This document shows positions 29,500 through 39,527 of a DNA stretch of 53,471 bases, piece after piece. The position numbers and the translations under genes are program-made. The DNA comes from an uncultured virus (IMG/VR IMGVR_UViG_3300005239_000666) (taxonomy: Duplodnaviria > Heunggongvirae > Uroviricota > Caudoviricetes): IMG/VR virus record IMGVR_UViG_3300005239_000666. One strand, given 5' to 3'. The notes under the pieces were generated by a model. It searched no databases. It was given only the letters and a program-made list of their open reading frames with translations, and was not told the origin of the DNA. Within the stretch, counting starts at the first letter, position 1, and every line of letters begins with the position of its first letter.

Positions 29500-30305
29500 A
29501 TGGTAGTAATGAATCCATATTTTCAGCACGGAGACGGCATCGGAAATGCTTCAGAGAAACACCTGTATGAAGATTTAATTATAGAAGGATTAAAAATATA
29601 CGGAAACTTAATCTACTATATGCCAAGAGAAATGGTAAATAGAGATTTAGTTTTAGGTGAAGATGTTAATAGTAAATTTAAAAATGCTTTACCTATTGAA
29701 ATGTATTTTGAAACTACTGAAGGATTTGCAGGTCAACAAGAGTTAATTAATAAATTCGGATTAGAAATAAGAGAAGATACAACACTAGTTGTTTCTAAAA
29801 GAAGATTCCATAATAAAGTAGATACTAGAGTTGCATTAAAAGTACCAGGCAGACCTAACGAAGGAGATATATTATTCTTTCCTTTGATGAATAGTTTCTT
29901 TGAAATTCAATTTGTAGAAGATCAGGAACCTTTCTTTCAATTAGGTAACTTACCTGTTTACAAATTAAGAGTTACACGTTGGGAATATTCAAACGAAGAA
30001 ATAGATGTCGGAATAAAAGACATTGATAAAAGAGAAAGAGAAAATTCAGTTAATCTATTAGTAGACAGAGTACGTTTAGAAAACGAAGCAGGCAGCGTTA
30101 AACTAGAACAGATAACATATCATATGGTAATGCTAACTTCTTATTAAACGAAGAATATGACGCAACAAAAACTACTGTACAAACTCAATCTGATTACGCA
30201 CAAAATTTAGATTTAGATACGGCAGCCGGTTTTGATACAGCGTCTGTAACAGATGACGTATTAGACTTTACTGAAAGAAATCCATTTGGGGAGGTAGACA
30301 TTTAA
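29500..30305 (+). CDS. gp14: neck protein gp14 (single-base frameshift near 30110)
   Basis: NPYF, YYMPRE, KFGLEIR and RPNEGD. The shifted frame ends DFTERNPFGEVDI* at 30305. Confidence 0.88.
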
Positions 30306-30484
30306 TGGAAAGAGATAGACATAGACAATTGCGTGAACACGCTAACAAAGTTCAAAGAGAAAAAAAAGAAATAGAACTATCAAGAGTTTTAAAAAAAGAA
30401 GTAGTTTCTGGTGCTAATGGCACACAAGATTATATAATTAAAGAAGGACCTAATAAAGGTAAAATAGCAGATAAAGGACAATAA
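30305..30484 (+). CDS. small hypothetical protein (59 aa)
   Basis: Not in the ORF track. MERDRHRQLREH...IADKGQ*; TAATG overlaps with gp14 and gp15 at both ends. Confidence 0.7.
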   Translation: MERDRHRQLREHANKVQREKKEIELSRVLKKEVVSGANGTQDYIIKEGPNKGKIADKGQ

Positions 30485-31425
30485 TGTTTGGAACACCGTT
30501 TTATAACGAAGGATTAAGAAAGATCATAATTGCTTTTGGACAATTGTTTAACAACATTGTTATAGAAAGTAAAGGTAAAGACGGTGCTATATTAAAAAGA
30601 ATAAAGGTACCTTTAGCATATGCTCCTAAGGAAAAGTTTTTAGTTCGTTTAGATGAACAAGCAGATTTAGATGATAGATCAATGGCATTAACTTTGCCTA
30701 GAATAGGTTTTGAAATATCAGGACTATCATATGATCCTAGTAGAAAACTAACAAGAGTTCAAAAATATAGAACGGAGAAAACACCGTTAAGTAGAAGTGA
30801 ATCTGTTTCTAACATGGATAGAGTGTATATGGAAGATGATAGTGGTTACATTCAATTAGAAAAAGCAAATGCGTCAACAGGAAATCCCGAGTATCCTTTA
30901 TTAGAAACGTCTGTATTACAATCAAGTGATTCAAAGTTACAAAGTTTTAACTATACACCTGTACCATATAACATAAGTTTAAATGTTTATTCTTTTACAG
31001 CAACTGCTGAAAATGGTTTACAAATTGTAGAACAAATATTACCTTTCTTTCAACCAGATTATACAGTAACAGTAAATGTTATGCCTAGTCTGAATATAAA
31101 AAGAGACGTACCTATTATTCTAAACAGTGTAAACTATGAAGACAGCTATGATGGTGCATTTACAAATAGAAGAGCAGTAATATACTCAATGAATTTCACT
31201 GCTAAAACATATCTATTTGGGCCTACAACTAATCAAGGTGTTATTAAAAAAGTACAAGCAGATTTATATGCTGATACGGAAAACTCTCCGCCAAGAGAAG
31301 AAAGAATTACAGTTGTACCAGATCCAGTATCAGCTGATGTGAATGATGATTTTGGATTTACAACAACAATAGAAAATTTTACTGACGGTAAAAAATATAA
31401 CGTGAAGACAGGAAGTGATGAATAA
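30484..31425 (+). CDS. gp15: tail sheath stabiliser/terminator gp15
   Basis: IAFGQLFNNI, VPLAYAPKEKF, LPRIGFE and QIVEQILPFFQP. Confidence 0.92.
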   Translation: MFGTPFYNEGLRKIIIAFGQLFNNIVIESKGKDGAILKRIKVPLAYAPKEKFLVRLDEQADLDDRSMALTLPRIGFEISGLSYDPSRKLTRVQKYRTEKTPLSRSESVSNMDRVYMEDDSGYIQLEKANASTGNPEYPLLETSVLQSSDSKLQSFNYTPVPYNISLNVYSFTATAENGLQIVEQILPFFQPDYTVTVNVMPSLNIKRDVPIILNSVNYEDSYDGAFTNRRAVIYSMNFTAKTYLFGPTTNQGVIKKVQADLYADTENSPPREERITVVPDPVSADVNDDFGFTTTIENFTDGKKYNVKTGSDE

Positions 31426-31427
31426 TT

Positions 31428-31892
31428 ATGGCCAAACTAGAAGACAAGGTAAATGAAATTCTAGGTATTGAAAGTATACCTGAAGCTACACAACCAAAAG
31501 AATTTAAACCACCTGTGGAAAGACCAAAAGGTGATGTAGAAATAAAAACAGAAAAAGATATCAATCAAGATTACGCTTATAGTAGAGATAGTTATTATAA
31601 TCTAATAGATAAAGGTCAAGAAGCCATTGATGGAATATTAGAGATAGCAAAAGAAGGCCAACACCCTAGAGCATATGAGGTTGCAGGTCAATTGTTAGGA
31701 CAAGTTGCAAAGACAGTTGATAAACTACAAGACTTACAAAAAAAATTAAAAGATTTAAAAGAAGTACCAAAATCTGCTAGTACAAATGTAAAGAATGCTC
31801 TTTTTGTTGGATCAACTGCCGAGTTGCAGAAAATGTTAAATAGGAAAGATAATGATACAATTGAAAAAAATATTACTCCCAAAAAGGAGTAG
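31428..31892 (+). CDS. gp16: terminase small subunit gp16
   Basis: HPRAYEVAGQL and NALFVGSTAELQK. Confidence 0.92.
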   Translation: MAKLEDKVNEILGIESIPEATQPKEFKPPVERPKGDVEIKTEKDINQDYAYSRDSYYNLIDKGQEAIDGILEIAKEGQHPRAYEVAGQLLGQVAKTVDKLQDLQKKLKDLKEVPKSASTNVKNALFVGSTAELQKMLNRKDNDTIEKNITPKKE

Positions 31893-31895
31893 AAA

Positions 31896-33527
31896 ATGAG
31901 TGAAGCATATTTAGGGAATCCTAACCTTAAAAAGGTTAATACTCCTGTTGAGTATACACAAGATCAGATAGTAGAATACCAGAAATGTGCTGGCAATCCA
32001 ATATACTTTATGGAAAAATATATCCGTATTGTATCTCTTGATGAGGGTCTAGTGCCTTTTGCGATGTATGATTTTCAAAAAGACATTGTAAAAACAATTC
32101 ACGATAACAGATTTACTATATGTAAACTACCAAGACAATCAGGAAAATCTACAACAACTATTTCTTATCTATTGCATTATGCATTATTTAATCCAAACTC
32201 TAACATAGCTATACTTGCAAACAAAAGTTCTACTGCTAGAGATATATTAGGTAGACTGCAACTTGCATATGAAAATTTACCAAAATGGTTACAACAAGGT
32301 GTAATAAACTGGAACAAAGGTAATATAGAATTAGAAAATAAATCTACCATTGTTGCGGCTGCCACTTCTTCAAGTGCTATTCGGGGTGGTTCATTTAATA
32401 TTATCTTTCTTGATGAGTTTGCTTTCGTACCTACTAACATTGCCGAAATGTTTTTTAGTTCAGTTTATCCCACAATATCTGCTGGTACAAAAACAAAAAT
32501 GATTATAGTATCTACACCTTATGGTATGAACATGTACTATAAGATTTGGATGGACGCTATCAATAAAAAAAATGATTACATTCCTATAGAGGTACATTGG
32601 AGTGAGGTGCCAGGCCGTGATGAAGATTGGAAAATACAAACAATACGTAACACAAGTGAAGAACAATTCCAACAAGAGTTTGAGTGTGAATTTTTAGGTT
32701 CTGTAAATACTTTGATATCAGCTTCTAAAATTAAAGCAACGCCTTACATAACACCTATAAAGTCTGCTCAAGGTGTTGACATATATGAAGACAAAAAAGA
32801 AGGACATACTTATGTGGCTGCCGTTGATGTATCACGTGGTGTAGATAAAGATTATTCTGCCTTTTTAGTATTTGATGTAACTAGTATGCCTTACAAAGTT
32901 GTAGCAAAATATAGAAGTAACGAAATTAAACCCTTTGTATTTCCTAATATAATATCTAGAGTTTGTTTAGCATATAATCAGGCACACATATTAACAGAGG
33001 TAAATGATATAGGTCAACAAGTGGCTGACGCCTTACAATTTGAAATTGAGTACCCTAATTTATTAATGACAACACAAAAAGGTCGTGCTGGTCAGATATT
33101 AGGTGCTATGTATAGTGGTCGTGGTTCATCTATGGGTGTTCGTATGACAAAATCTATTAAAAAAGTAGGTTGTTCAAACTTAAAAACACTAATTGAGGGT
33201 GACAAAATTGTTGTTAATGACTTTAATATTATACAGGAGATGTCAACCTTTACTAAAAGAGGTCAAAGTTGGCAGGCCGAAGACGGTTCCAATGACGATT
33301 TAATGATGTGTTTAGTCATATTTGGTTGGTTATCTAATCAACCTTATTTTAAGGAGTTGACGAATACCAATGCACGTTTAAAAATGTACGAGGAACAAAA
33401 GAATTTGATAGAGCAGGACATGGCACCATTTGGTTTTGTAGACAATGGAGTTGATGATCCTGAAGATGAGGAAACAGTGGACGAGTACGGTACTAGATGG
33501 TTTCCTGTCTCTAGAAAAGGGCAATAG
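31896..33527 (+). CDS. gp17: terminase large subunit gp17
   Basis: PRQSGKS Walker A, IFLDEFAF Walker B, DVSRG nuclease and NDDLMM. Confidence 0.97.
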   Translation: MSEAYLGNPNLKKVNTPVEYTQDQIVEYQKCAGNPIYFMEKYIRIVSLDEGLVPFAMYDFQKDIVKTIHDNRFTICKLPRQSGKSTTTISYLLHYALFNPNSNIAILANKSSTARDILGRLQLAYENLPKWLQQGVINWNKGNIELENKSTIVAAATSSSAIRGGSFNIIFLDEFAFVPTNIAEMFFSSVYPTISAGTKTKMIIVSTPYGMNMYYKIWMDAINKKNDYIPIEVHWSEVPGRDEDWKIQTIRNTSEEQFQQEFECEFLGSVNTLISASKIKATPYITPIKSAQGVDIYEDKKEGHTYVAAVDVSRGVDKDYSAFLVFDVTSMPYKVVAKYRSNEIKPFVFPNIISRVCLAYNQAHILTEVNDIGQQVADALQFEIEYPNLLMTTQKGRAGQILGAMYSGRGSSMGVRMTKSIKKVGCSNLKTLIEGDKIVVNDFNIIQEMSTFTKRGQSWQAEDGSNDDLMMCLVIFGWLSNQPYFKELTNTNARLKMYEEQKNLIEQDMAPFGFVDNGVDDPEDEETVDEYGTRWFPVSRKGQ

Positions 33528-33543
33528 TCTATTTCTAGGTTAT

Positions 33544-33551
33544 TATAAATA
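33544..33551 (+). promoter_or_regulatory. T4 late promoter
   Basis: TATAAATA upstream of gp18. Confidence 0.75.
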
Positions 33552-33643
33552 TCAGTACTGGCTTTAAATATGGATGTAAGAAAACTTACAAAGACGTGAA
33601 TTATAATATATTAATAATTAGCTAATTAAGAGGAGAATAACCT

Positions 33644-35569
33644 ATGGCATTTCAAGTATCACCAGGTGTTCTTGTACAGGAAAAAGATTTAACAAGAATC
33701 ATTCCTGCTGTATCTACATCAATTGGCGCCTTTGCTGGCGAGTTCAGAAAAGGTCCTTTAGATCAGATTACATCAATCTCTAGTGAACAAGAGTTAGTAA
33801 GTGTTTTCGGCAAACCGGATAATTCAAATTTTGAATCATTCTTTTCAGCTGCAAACTTTTTACAATACTCTAACGCATTAAGAGTAGTACGAGTACAAAA
33901 TACTGGTTTAGCAAACGCAGCCGTTTCAGGCTCAGCAGTTGCTATCAAAAATACACAAGACTACCAGGATAATTACAATGCTGGTCAGGCGTCTGTCGGA
34001 GAATGGGCAGCTAGAACAGCAGGAGTTTGGGGCAACGGCCTTAAAGTTTCTGCTTGTCACAGCGCAACAGGCTTCCAAGAGGATGCAAAAACAACAATAA
34101 ATGATTCTGCTATGTCTGTTGGTCACACAACAGTAACATTATCATCAGGAACTGGTTTTGCAGTCGGCGATATCGTTGAGTTTTCAACGAGTGCTGGTGG
34201 AACAGATTATGATGGCAGAAAATATAAAATAACAGCTGTTAACACTAACGACATAACTTTTGTTAGAGCTGATACACTACAAGGTGGTTTACATCAAGTA
34301 CCAGCTGATGGTGCAAACGTAAGAAGACTTTGGGAGTTCTATGAATTTGTTTCAGGTGCTCCAGGAACATCTCCTTACGCTGCTTCAAAAAGCGGAGTAA
34401 ATGATGAAATGCACGTTGTCGTTATAGACGAAGATGGTAACATCACAGGAAAAACTGGCGAAGTAATTGAAGTTTACGATAAAGTATCAAAAGCTTCAGA
34501 CGCTAAATCACCACAAGGCGATTCAAACTATGTAAGAGACGTAATTTATAATAAATCAAATTACATTTACTGGATGGATCATCATGCTTCAGGATCAAAC
34601 CACGGTTCAGCAGCTGCAGGAATAACTTTCACAGCAGTTGATACACCAAAAACTGATTCTTTAGTTAACGGTGCAAATGGTTCAACAGCAACAGCTGGCG
34701 AAATAAAAACTGCTTACGAGTTGTTTGAAGACGCTGAAACAGTTGATGTAGGTTTAATCATCGGTGGATCTTGTAACGCTACTCACGTAGACGATCTAAT
34801 ATCAATTGCAGAAAAAAGAATGGACGCTATTGCATTCGTATCTCCAGAGAGATCAGATGTTGCCGGTATCACTTCTTCAATCACTCAAACACAAAACGTT
34901 ATAGGATTTATGAACGGTATTCGTTCTTCATCTTACGTTATGTTAGATAGTGGTTACAAATATATGTACGACAGATATAATGACGTATATAGATATGTAC
35001 CATTAAACGGTGACATTGCAGGTCTAGCGGCTAGAACTGATTTAATTGCAGATAGTTGGTTTTCACCAGCAGGATTAAACAGAGGTGTTATCAGAGGTGC
35101 TGTTAAGTTAGCATATAATCCAAGTAAATCTCAAAGAGACGAATTGTACAAAGCAAGAATTAACCCAGTGGTTACATTCCCAGGCCAAGGTACAGTATTG
35201 TTCGGAGATAAAACTGGTTTATCTGCTCCTAGCGCATTTGATAGAATCAACGTTAGAAGACTGTTTATTGTTTTAGAGAAGGCAATATCAACTGCTTCTA
35301 AATTCCAATTGTTTGAATTCAATGATGAATTTACAAGAGCGAATTTCAGAAACATTGTAGAACCTTTTTTAAGAGAAGTACAAGGTAGACGAGGTATCAC
35401 AGACTTTTTAGTAGTATGTGATGAAACAAATAACACAGGTGAAGTAATTGATAGAAATGAATTTATTGCTGAAATATTTATCAAACCAGCAAGAAGTATC
35501 AACTTTATTACATTACAATTCATCGCAACACGAACCGGCGTTTCTTTTGAAGAAGTCGCAGGCGGTTAA
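33644..35569 (+). CDS. gp18: tail sheath protein gp18
   Basis: SPGVLVQEKD, WFSPAG, FDRINVRRLF and FEFNDEFTR. Confidence 0.97.
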   Translation: MAFQVSPGVLVQEKDLTRIIPAVSTSIGAFAGEFRKGPLDQITSISSEQELVSVFGKPDNSNFESFFSAANFLQYSNALRVVRVQNTGLANAAVSGSAVAIKNTQDYQDNYNAGQASVGEWAARTAGVWGNGLKVSACHSATGFQEDAKTTINDSAMSVGHTTVTLSSGTGFAVGDIVEFSTSAGGTDYDGRKYKITAVNTNDITFVRADTLQGGLHQVPADGANVRRLWEFYEFVSGAPGTSPYAASKSGVNDEMHVVVIDEDGNITGKTGEVIEVYDKVSKASDAKSPQGDSNYVRDVIYNKSNYIYWMDHHASGSNHGSAAAGITFTAVDTPKTDSLVNGANGSTATAGEIKTAYELFEDAETVDVGLIIGGSCNATHVDDLISIAEKRMDAIAFVSPERSDVAGITSSITQTQNVIGFMNGIRSSSYVMLDSGYKYMYDRYNDVYRYVPLNGDIAGLAARTDLIADSWFSPAGLNRGVIRGAVKLAYNPSKSQRDELYKARINPVVTFPGQGTVLFGDKTGLSAPSAFDRINVRRLFIVLEKAISTASKFQLFEFNDEFTRANFRNIVEPFLREVQGRRGITDFLVVCDETNNTGEVIDRNEFIAEIFIKPARSINFITLQFIATRTGVSFEEVAGG

Positions 35570-35590
35570 TTAGTAGAGGAGAAATAAAAA

Positions 35591-36118
35591 ATGGCAAACA
35601 TTAATGACTTCAAAGCTAAACTTGCTGGTGGTGGCGCAAGAGCCAATCAGTTCAAGGTTACAATGCCTTTTCCTGGTTACGCACAGGTTGGTGGAGAAAT
35701 AGAAGACTTAGCATTTTTATGTACAGCTACATCTATTCCGAGCATGACAGTTGCAAACGTCAATGTTCCTTTTAGAGGTAGAGCAATTAAAATTGCAGGT
35801 GATAGAACAATTCCGGCATGGTCAATTACGGTACTAAACGATACAAATTTCAAAATCAGAAATGCTTTTGAAAGATGGCAGAATGGTATCAATAATATGA
35901 CTGATAACGAGGGGTTAACTAATCCAGTTGACTACCAAGTAGACGCTTTTGTTGATCATCTTGACAGAAATGGTAATAACGTTAAATCGTATACTTTGAG
36001 AGGACTGTTTCCTACAGAGATCGGTGGTATTGATTTAAGTATGGGCGAAGCAACAGAAATAGAAACTTTTGGTGTGACGTTTGAATATCAGTACTTTGAA
36101 ACAAATACTACAACGTAA
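35591..36118 (+). CDS. gp19: tail tube protein gp19
   Basis: GGARANQF, VPFRGR..KIAGDRT and FERWQN. Confidence 0.95.
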   Translation: MANINDFKAKLAGGGARANQFKVTMPFPGYAQVGGEIEDLAFLCTATSIPSMTVANVNVPFRGRAIKIAGDRTIPAWSITVLNDTNFKIRNAFERWQNGINNMTDNEGLTNPVDYQVDAFVDHLDRNGNNVKSYTLRGLFPTEIGGIDLSMGEATEIETFGVTFEYQYFETNTTT

Positions 36119-36127
36119 TACAAAATT

Positions 36128-36153
36128 AGGAGGCGGCCTAAAAACCGCCTTCT
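36128..36153 (+). terminator. stem-loop after gp19 (terminator or processing site)
   Basis: AGGAGGCGG/CCGCCTTCT inverted repeat with a weak U-tract; late-promoter variant TATAAGTA follows at 36163. Confidence 0.6.
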
Positions 36154-36197
36154 TAAAACTATTATAAGTAGTAGTAGAACAAACAGGAGATAATATT

Positions 36198-37718
36198 ATG
36201 GCAGAGTTTTTTGGATTTAAGATTACACGAGATAAACCTAAATCCGATCCAAAACAAAACTTTAGTACACCACAAGCAGAGGACGGCACACAGGTAGTCG
36301 CTGCTGGAGGGTATTTTGCGTCTCACCTTGACATGGAAGGAAACGCAAAGACTGAAGCGGATTTAATAAGAAGATACAGAGAAATTTCAATACATCCAGA
36401 ATGTGATATGGCGATTGAGGATATTGTCAATGAGGCAATAGTTTCAAACGAAAATAAACAGGCTGTTAGATTAATGACAGATAATGTTCCTTACAGTAGG
36501 GATATTAAGAGAAGACTTGAAGAAGAATTTACAGAGATATTAAGATTACTACAATTCAACAGTAGAGGCCACGAGTTGTTTAGACGTTGGTATGTTGATG
36601 GTAGAATATACTTTCAAAAGATAATTGATACAGAAACAGGTAAGAAAGGTATTACAGAATTAAAATATCTTGACCCTCGGAAAATCAAAAAAATCAGAGA
36701 AGTAAGAAAGAGAAGACCTGACGGAGTTGCTCCATCGGCTACGAATTTAGTAGACGAAACTATGGAATACTTTTTGTATAATGAAAGAGGTGTAGGTGGT
36801 GCTAGTTTACAAGGTATTAAAATTGCCGTAGACACTATCGCATTTTGTCCATCAGGATTAATAGATCAAAACAAAAATTTAATTTTATCGTTTTTACATA
36901 AAGCAATTAAACCAGTTAATCAATTAAGAATGATTGAAGACGCTGCTGTTATATACAGAATAGCAAGAGCGCCTGAAAGACGTATATTCAAAATTGATGT
37001 TGGTAATTTGCCTAAAATGAAAGCTGAACAATATTTAAGAGACGTTATGGCAAGATACAGAAACAAACTTGTATATGACGCAGCTACTGGTGAAATCAGA
37101 GACGATAGAAATTATATGTCAATGTTAGAAGACTTTTGGTTACCAAGCAGAGAGGGTGGTAGAGGTACAGATATTACTACTTTACCAGGTGGTCAGAATT
37201 TAGGTGAGATTACAGACATAGAATACTTTAGAGCAAAACTTTATAGATCATTGAATGTACCTTCAAGTAGATTAGAAGCTTCAACAGGTTTTAATTTAGG
37301 AAGATCAACAGAAATAACAAGAGACGAATTAAAATTTACTAAATTTGTTCAAAAATTAAGAAAAAAATTTATTGAACTGTTTAATGATATTTTAAGAACA
37401 CAATTAGTATTAAAAGGAATCATTGCTGAAGAAGAATGGCCAATGATTAGAGATAATATTTTTTATGATTTTTTACAAGACGGTCACTTTGCAGAATTAA
37501 AGCAGGCTGAAATGTTAAAAGATAGAATACAACTGGCTAACGATGTAAGAGATTATGTTGGTAAGTATTTTTCAGTTGAGTATGTTAGAAAAAATATACT
37601 AAAACAATCTGATCAAGATATAGAGAAGATTGATAGTCAAATCAAAAAAGAAATTGACGATGGAATTATATCATCACCTGCTGATCAGGTTGTTGATAGT
37701 GAGGATTCGTTCAATTAA
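36198..37718 (+). CDS. gp20: portal protein gp20
   Basis: WYVDGR, RAPERRIF.IDVGNLPK, EDFWLP.REGGRGT and ITRDELKF. Confidence 0.97.
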   Translation: MAEFFGFKITRDKPKSDPKQNFSTPQAEDGTQVVAAGGYFASHLDMEGNAKTEADLIRRYREISIHPECDMAIEDIVNEAIVSNENKQAVRLMTDNVPYSRDIKRRLEEEFTEILRLLQFNSRGHELFRRWYVDGRIYFQKIIDTETGKKGITELKYLDPRKIKKIREVRKRRPDGVAPSATNLVDETMEYFLYNERGVGGASLQGIKIAVDTIAFCPSGLIDQNKNLILSFLHKAIKPVNQLRMIEDAAVIYRIARAPERRIFKIDVGNLPKMKAEQYLRDVMARYRNKLVYDAATGEIRDDRNYMSMLEDFWLPSREGGRGTDITTLPGGQNLGEITDIEYFRAKLYRSLNVPSSRLEASTGFNLGRSTEITRDELKFTKFVQKLRKKFIELFNDILRTQLVLKGIIAEEEWPMIRDNIFYDFLQDGHFAELKQAEMLKDRIQLANDVRDYVGKYFSVEYVRKNILKQSDQDIEKIDSQIKKEIDDGIISSPADQVVDSEDSFN

Positions 37719-37739
37719 TAAATTAATGGGAGAACAATT

Positions 37740-38108
37740 ATGAGTAGTGAAGTAAAAAACTTTATAGATAAATTAGGTGCCGGTAAAAACGCAGAAGCCG
37801 GTGACGCTTTTAAAGACGCATTAAGAGCAAAAGTAGGTGACGCATTAGACCAGAAAAGACAAGATGTTGCTGGCAATATGTTTAACGCAAGTGCTTTTAG
37901 TGATAAGAAACCTGAAGTAGCAACTCCAGGACAATTCAATCAAGACGGAACAATTACAAATGCTGATGGTACAGCAGGTCAAACCGGTGCAGAAATGTCA
38001 GCGGCTACGGCTCCTGAAGTAGCAGAACCATCTGCTGATTTAGCACCAGAAGCACCAGCAGTTGATACTCCGATTGAAGCACCAGCAGTTGATACACCAG
38101 AGGCATAA
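37740..38108 (+). CDS. putative prohead core protein (gp67-like position)
   Basis: Acidic, Ala/Pro-rich ORF right after gp20, with GGAG SD. Confidence 0.55.
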   Translation: MSSEVKNFIDKLGAGKNAEAGDAFKDALRAKVGDALDQKRQDVAGNMFNASAFSDKKPEVATPGQFNQDGTITNADGTAGQTGAEMSAATAPEVAEPSADLAPEAPAVDTPIEAPAVDTPEA

Positions 38109-38112
38109 TTAG

Positions 38113-38379
38113 ATGTTAAGAGTAAGCGACATTGTAGAAGAACAAAAACTATTTGACAGTAACGCATTTAAACAATTAACTCCTGTTTTACAAGACGCTG
38201 TTAAACAAGTATACAAAACTATAGAAGAAGACGATGATATCAATGCTGATAACTTAGCAGAGAAATTTGAACTTGCTGTAGACAATGTTGCTACTATTAA
38301 CGTTATAGAAAAAGAACAATTAGAGGGTTATTTTGATGACGAAATAACTGAACAATTAGAGAAATTAGGAGAAGAATAA
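38113..38379 (+). CDS. small acidic hypothetical protein in the head module
   Basis: ORF coupled to the next gene, between gp20 and gp21. Confidence 0.65.
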   Translation: MLRVSDIVEEQKLFDSNAFKQLTPVLQDAVKQVYKTIEEDDDINADNLAEKFELAVDNVATINVIEKEQLEGYFDDEITEQLEKLGEE

Positions 38380-38771
38380 TGGCAGATACAGTTACAACTC
38401 AAACAATATCAGATACATCTGGTATAAAATATGTTGTTAAAATGACTAACGTATCAGATGGTACTGGAGAAACTTTAGTAACAAAAGTAGACGCTTCAGC
38501 ATTAACCTTTATGACCGAAGACGGTAGTAGAAAGTTAAGTAAGATATGGTATTCAGTAAATACAAATAATAATAAGGCGGCGATTGAGTTATTGTGGTCT
38601 GGTAGTGTAAACTCTACAATTGTTTTTTTATCTGGAAATGGTCATTGGGATTTAAGAACTTCCGGAAATGAAATTGGTAACAATTCTACAACACCTACTG
38701 GTGATGTATTGTTATCCACTAAAAATTTTGCAGCTGGCGATAATTATACGATTTTACTAGAGTTTAGATAA
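38379..38771 (+). CDS. putative virion structural protein
   Basis: Beta-rich ORF in the head module with AGGAG SD. Confidence 0.65.
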   Translation: MADTVTTQTISDTSGIKYVVKMTNVSDGTGETLVTKVDASALTFMTEDGSRKLSKIWYSVNTNNNKAAIELLWSGSVNSTIVFLSGNGHWDLRTSGNEIGNNSTTPTGDVLLSTKNFAAGDNYTILLEFR

Positions 38772-38815
38772 TAAATCTTATAAATATAAGGAAGTTTTAA
38801 ACATAGAGGGAATTT

Positions 38816-39460
38816 ATGAAATTAATATCCGAAGAAGTACAAAATGCCGAATACATCACTGAGGAAGTGAACGGCAAGAAGAATTATAAAATTAGAGGTG
38901 TCTTCTTACAATCCGAAATAAAGAATAGAAATGGACGTGTCTATGAAAAAGAGATACTTGAAAAGGAAGTAAGTAGATATAACGCAGAATTTATTAATAA
39001 AAAAAGAGCATTTGGTGAACTTGGACATCCAGACAGTCCAACAGTAAATCTAGAGAGAGTATCACATATGATTACTAGTCTCTATCCAGATGGTACTAAT
39101 TTTATTGGTGAAGCTAAGATAATGAACACACCTTACGGTAAGATTGTAAAAGGTCTTATAGATGAAGGCGCTCAATTGGGTGTATCATCTAGAGGTATGG
39201 GTTCTTTGTCACAAAGAGGTGGTGTTAATTACGTAGGTAGAGATTTTTATTTAGCTACAGCCGCCGATATTGTTGCAGATCCGAGCGCTCCAGACGCTTT
39301 CGTAGAAGGCATAATGGAGAGTAAAAATTGGGTATGGGACAGTGGCGTTCTTGTTGAAAAGGACATTAGTGCCTGGAAAGCAAGTATTGAAAGAGCTAAA
39401 AGCGTTGCCTTAGCAGAAGCTAAAGCAGAGGTTTTTAAGGACTTTCTTAAAAAACTCTAG
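38816..39460 (+). CDS. gp21: prohead protease gp21
   Basis: NRNGRVY, GELGHP, GVSSRGMGS and DIVADPSAPDAFV; TATAAATA at 38779..38786. Confidence 0.97.
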   Translation: MKLISEEVQNAEYITEEVNGKKNYKIRGVFLQSEIKNRNGRVYEKEILEKEVSRYNAEFINKKRAFGELGHPDSPTVNLERVSHMITSLYPDGTNFIGEAKIMNTPYGKIVKGLIDEGAQLGVSSRGMGSLSQRGGVNYVGRDFYLATAADIVADPSAPDAFVEGIMESKNWVWDSGVLVEKDISAWKASIERAKSVALAEAKAEVFKDFLKKL

Positions 39461-39527
39461 TTTTATAAATATAACACGAGAATTTATAACTAGTTAAAGA
39501 AAAAATAAATAATAAGGAGATATCTCA

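Noticed and set aside
38049..38103. Direct repeat GAAGCACCAGCAGTTGATAC
   Set aside because: Coding micro-duplication (EAPAVDTP twice) in a low-complexity tail.
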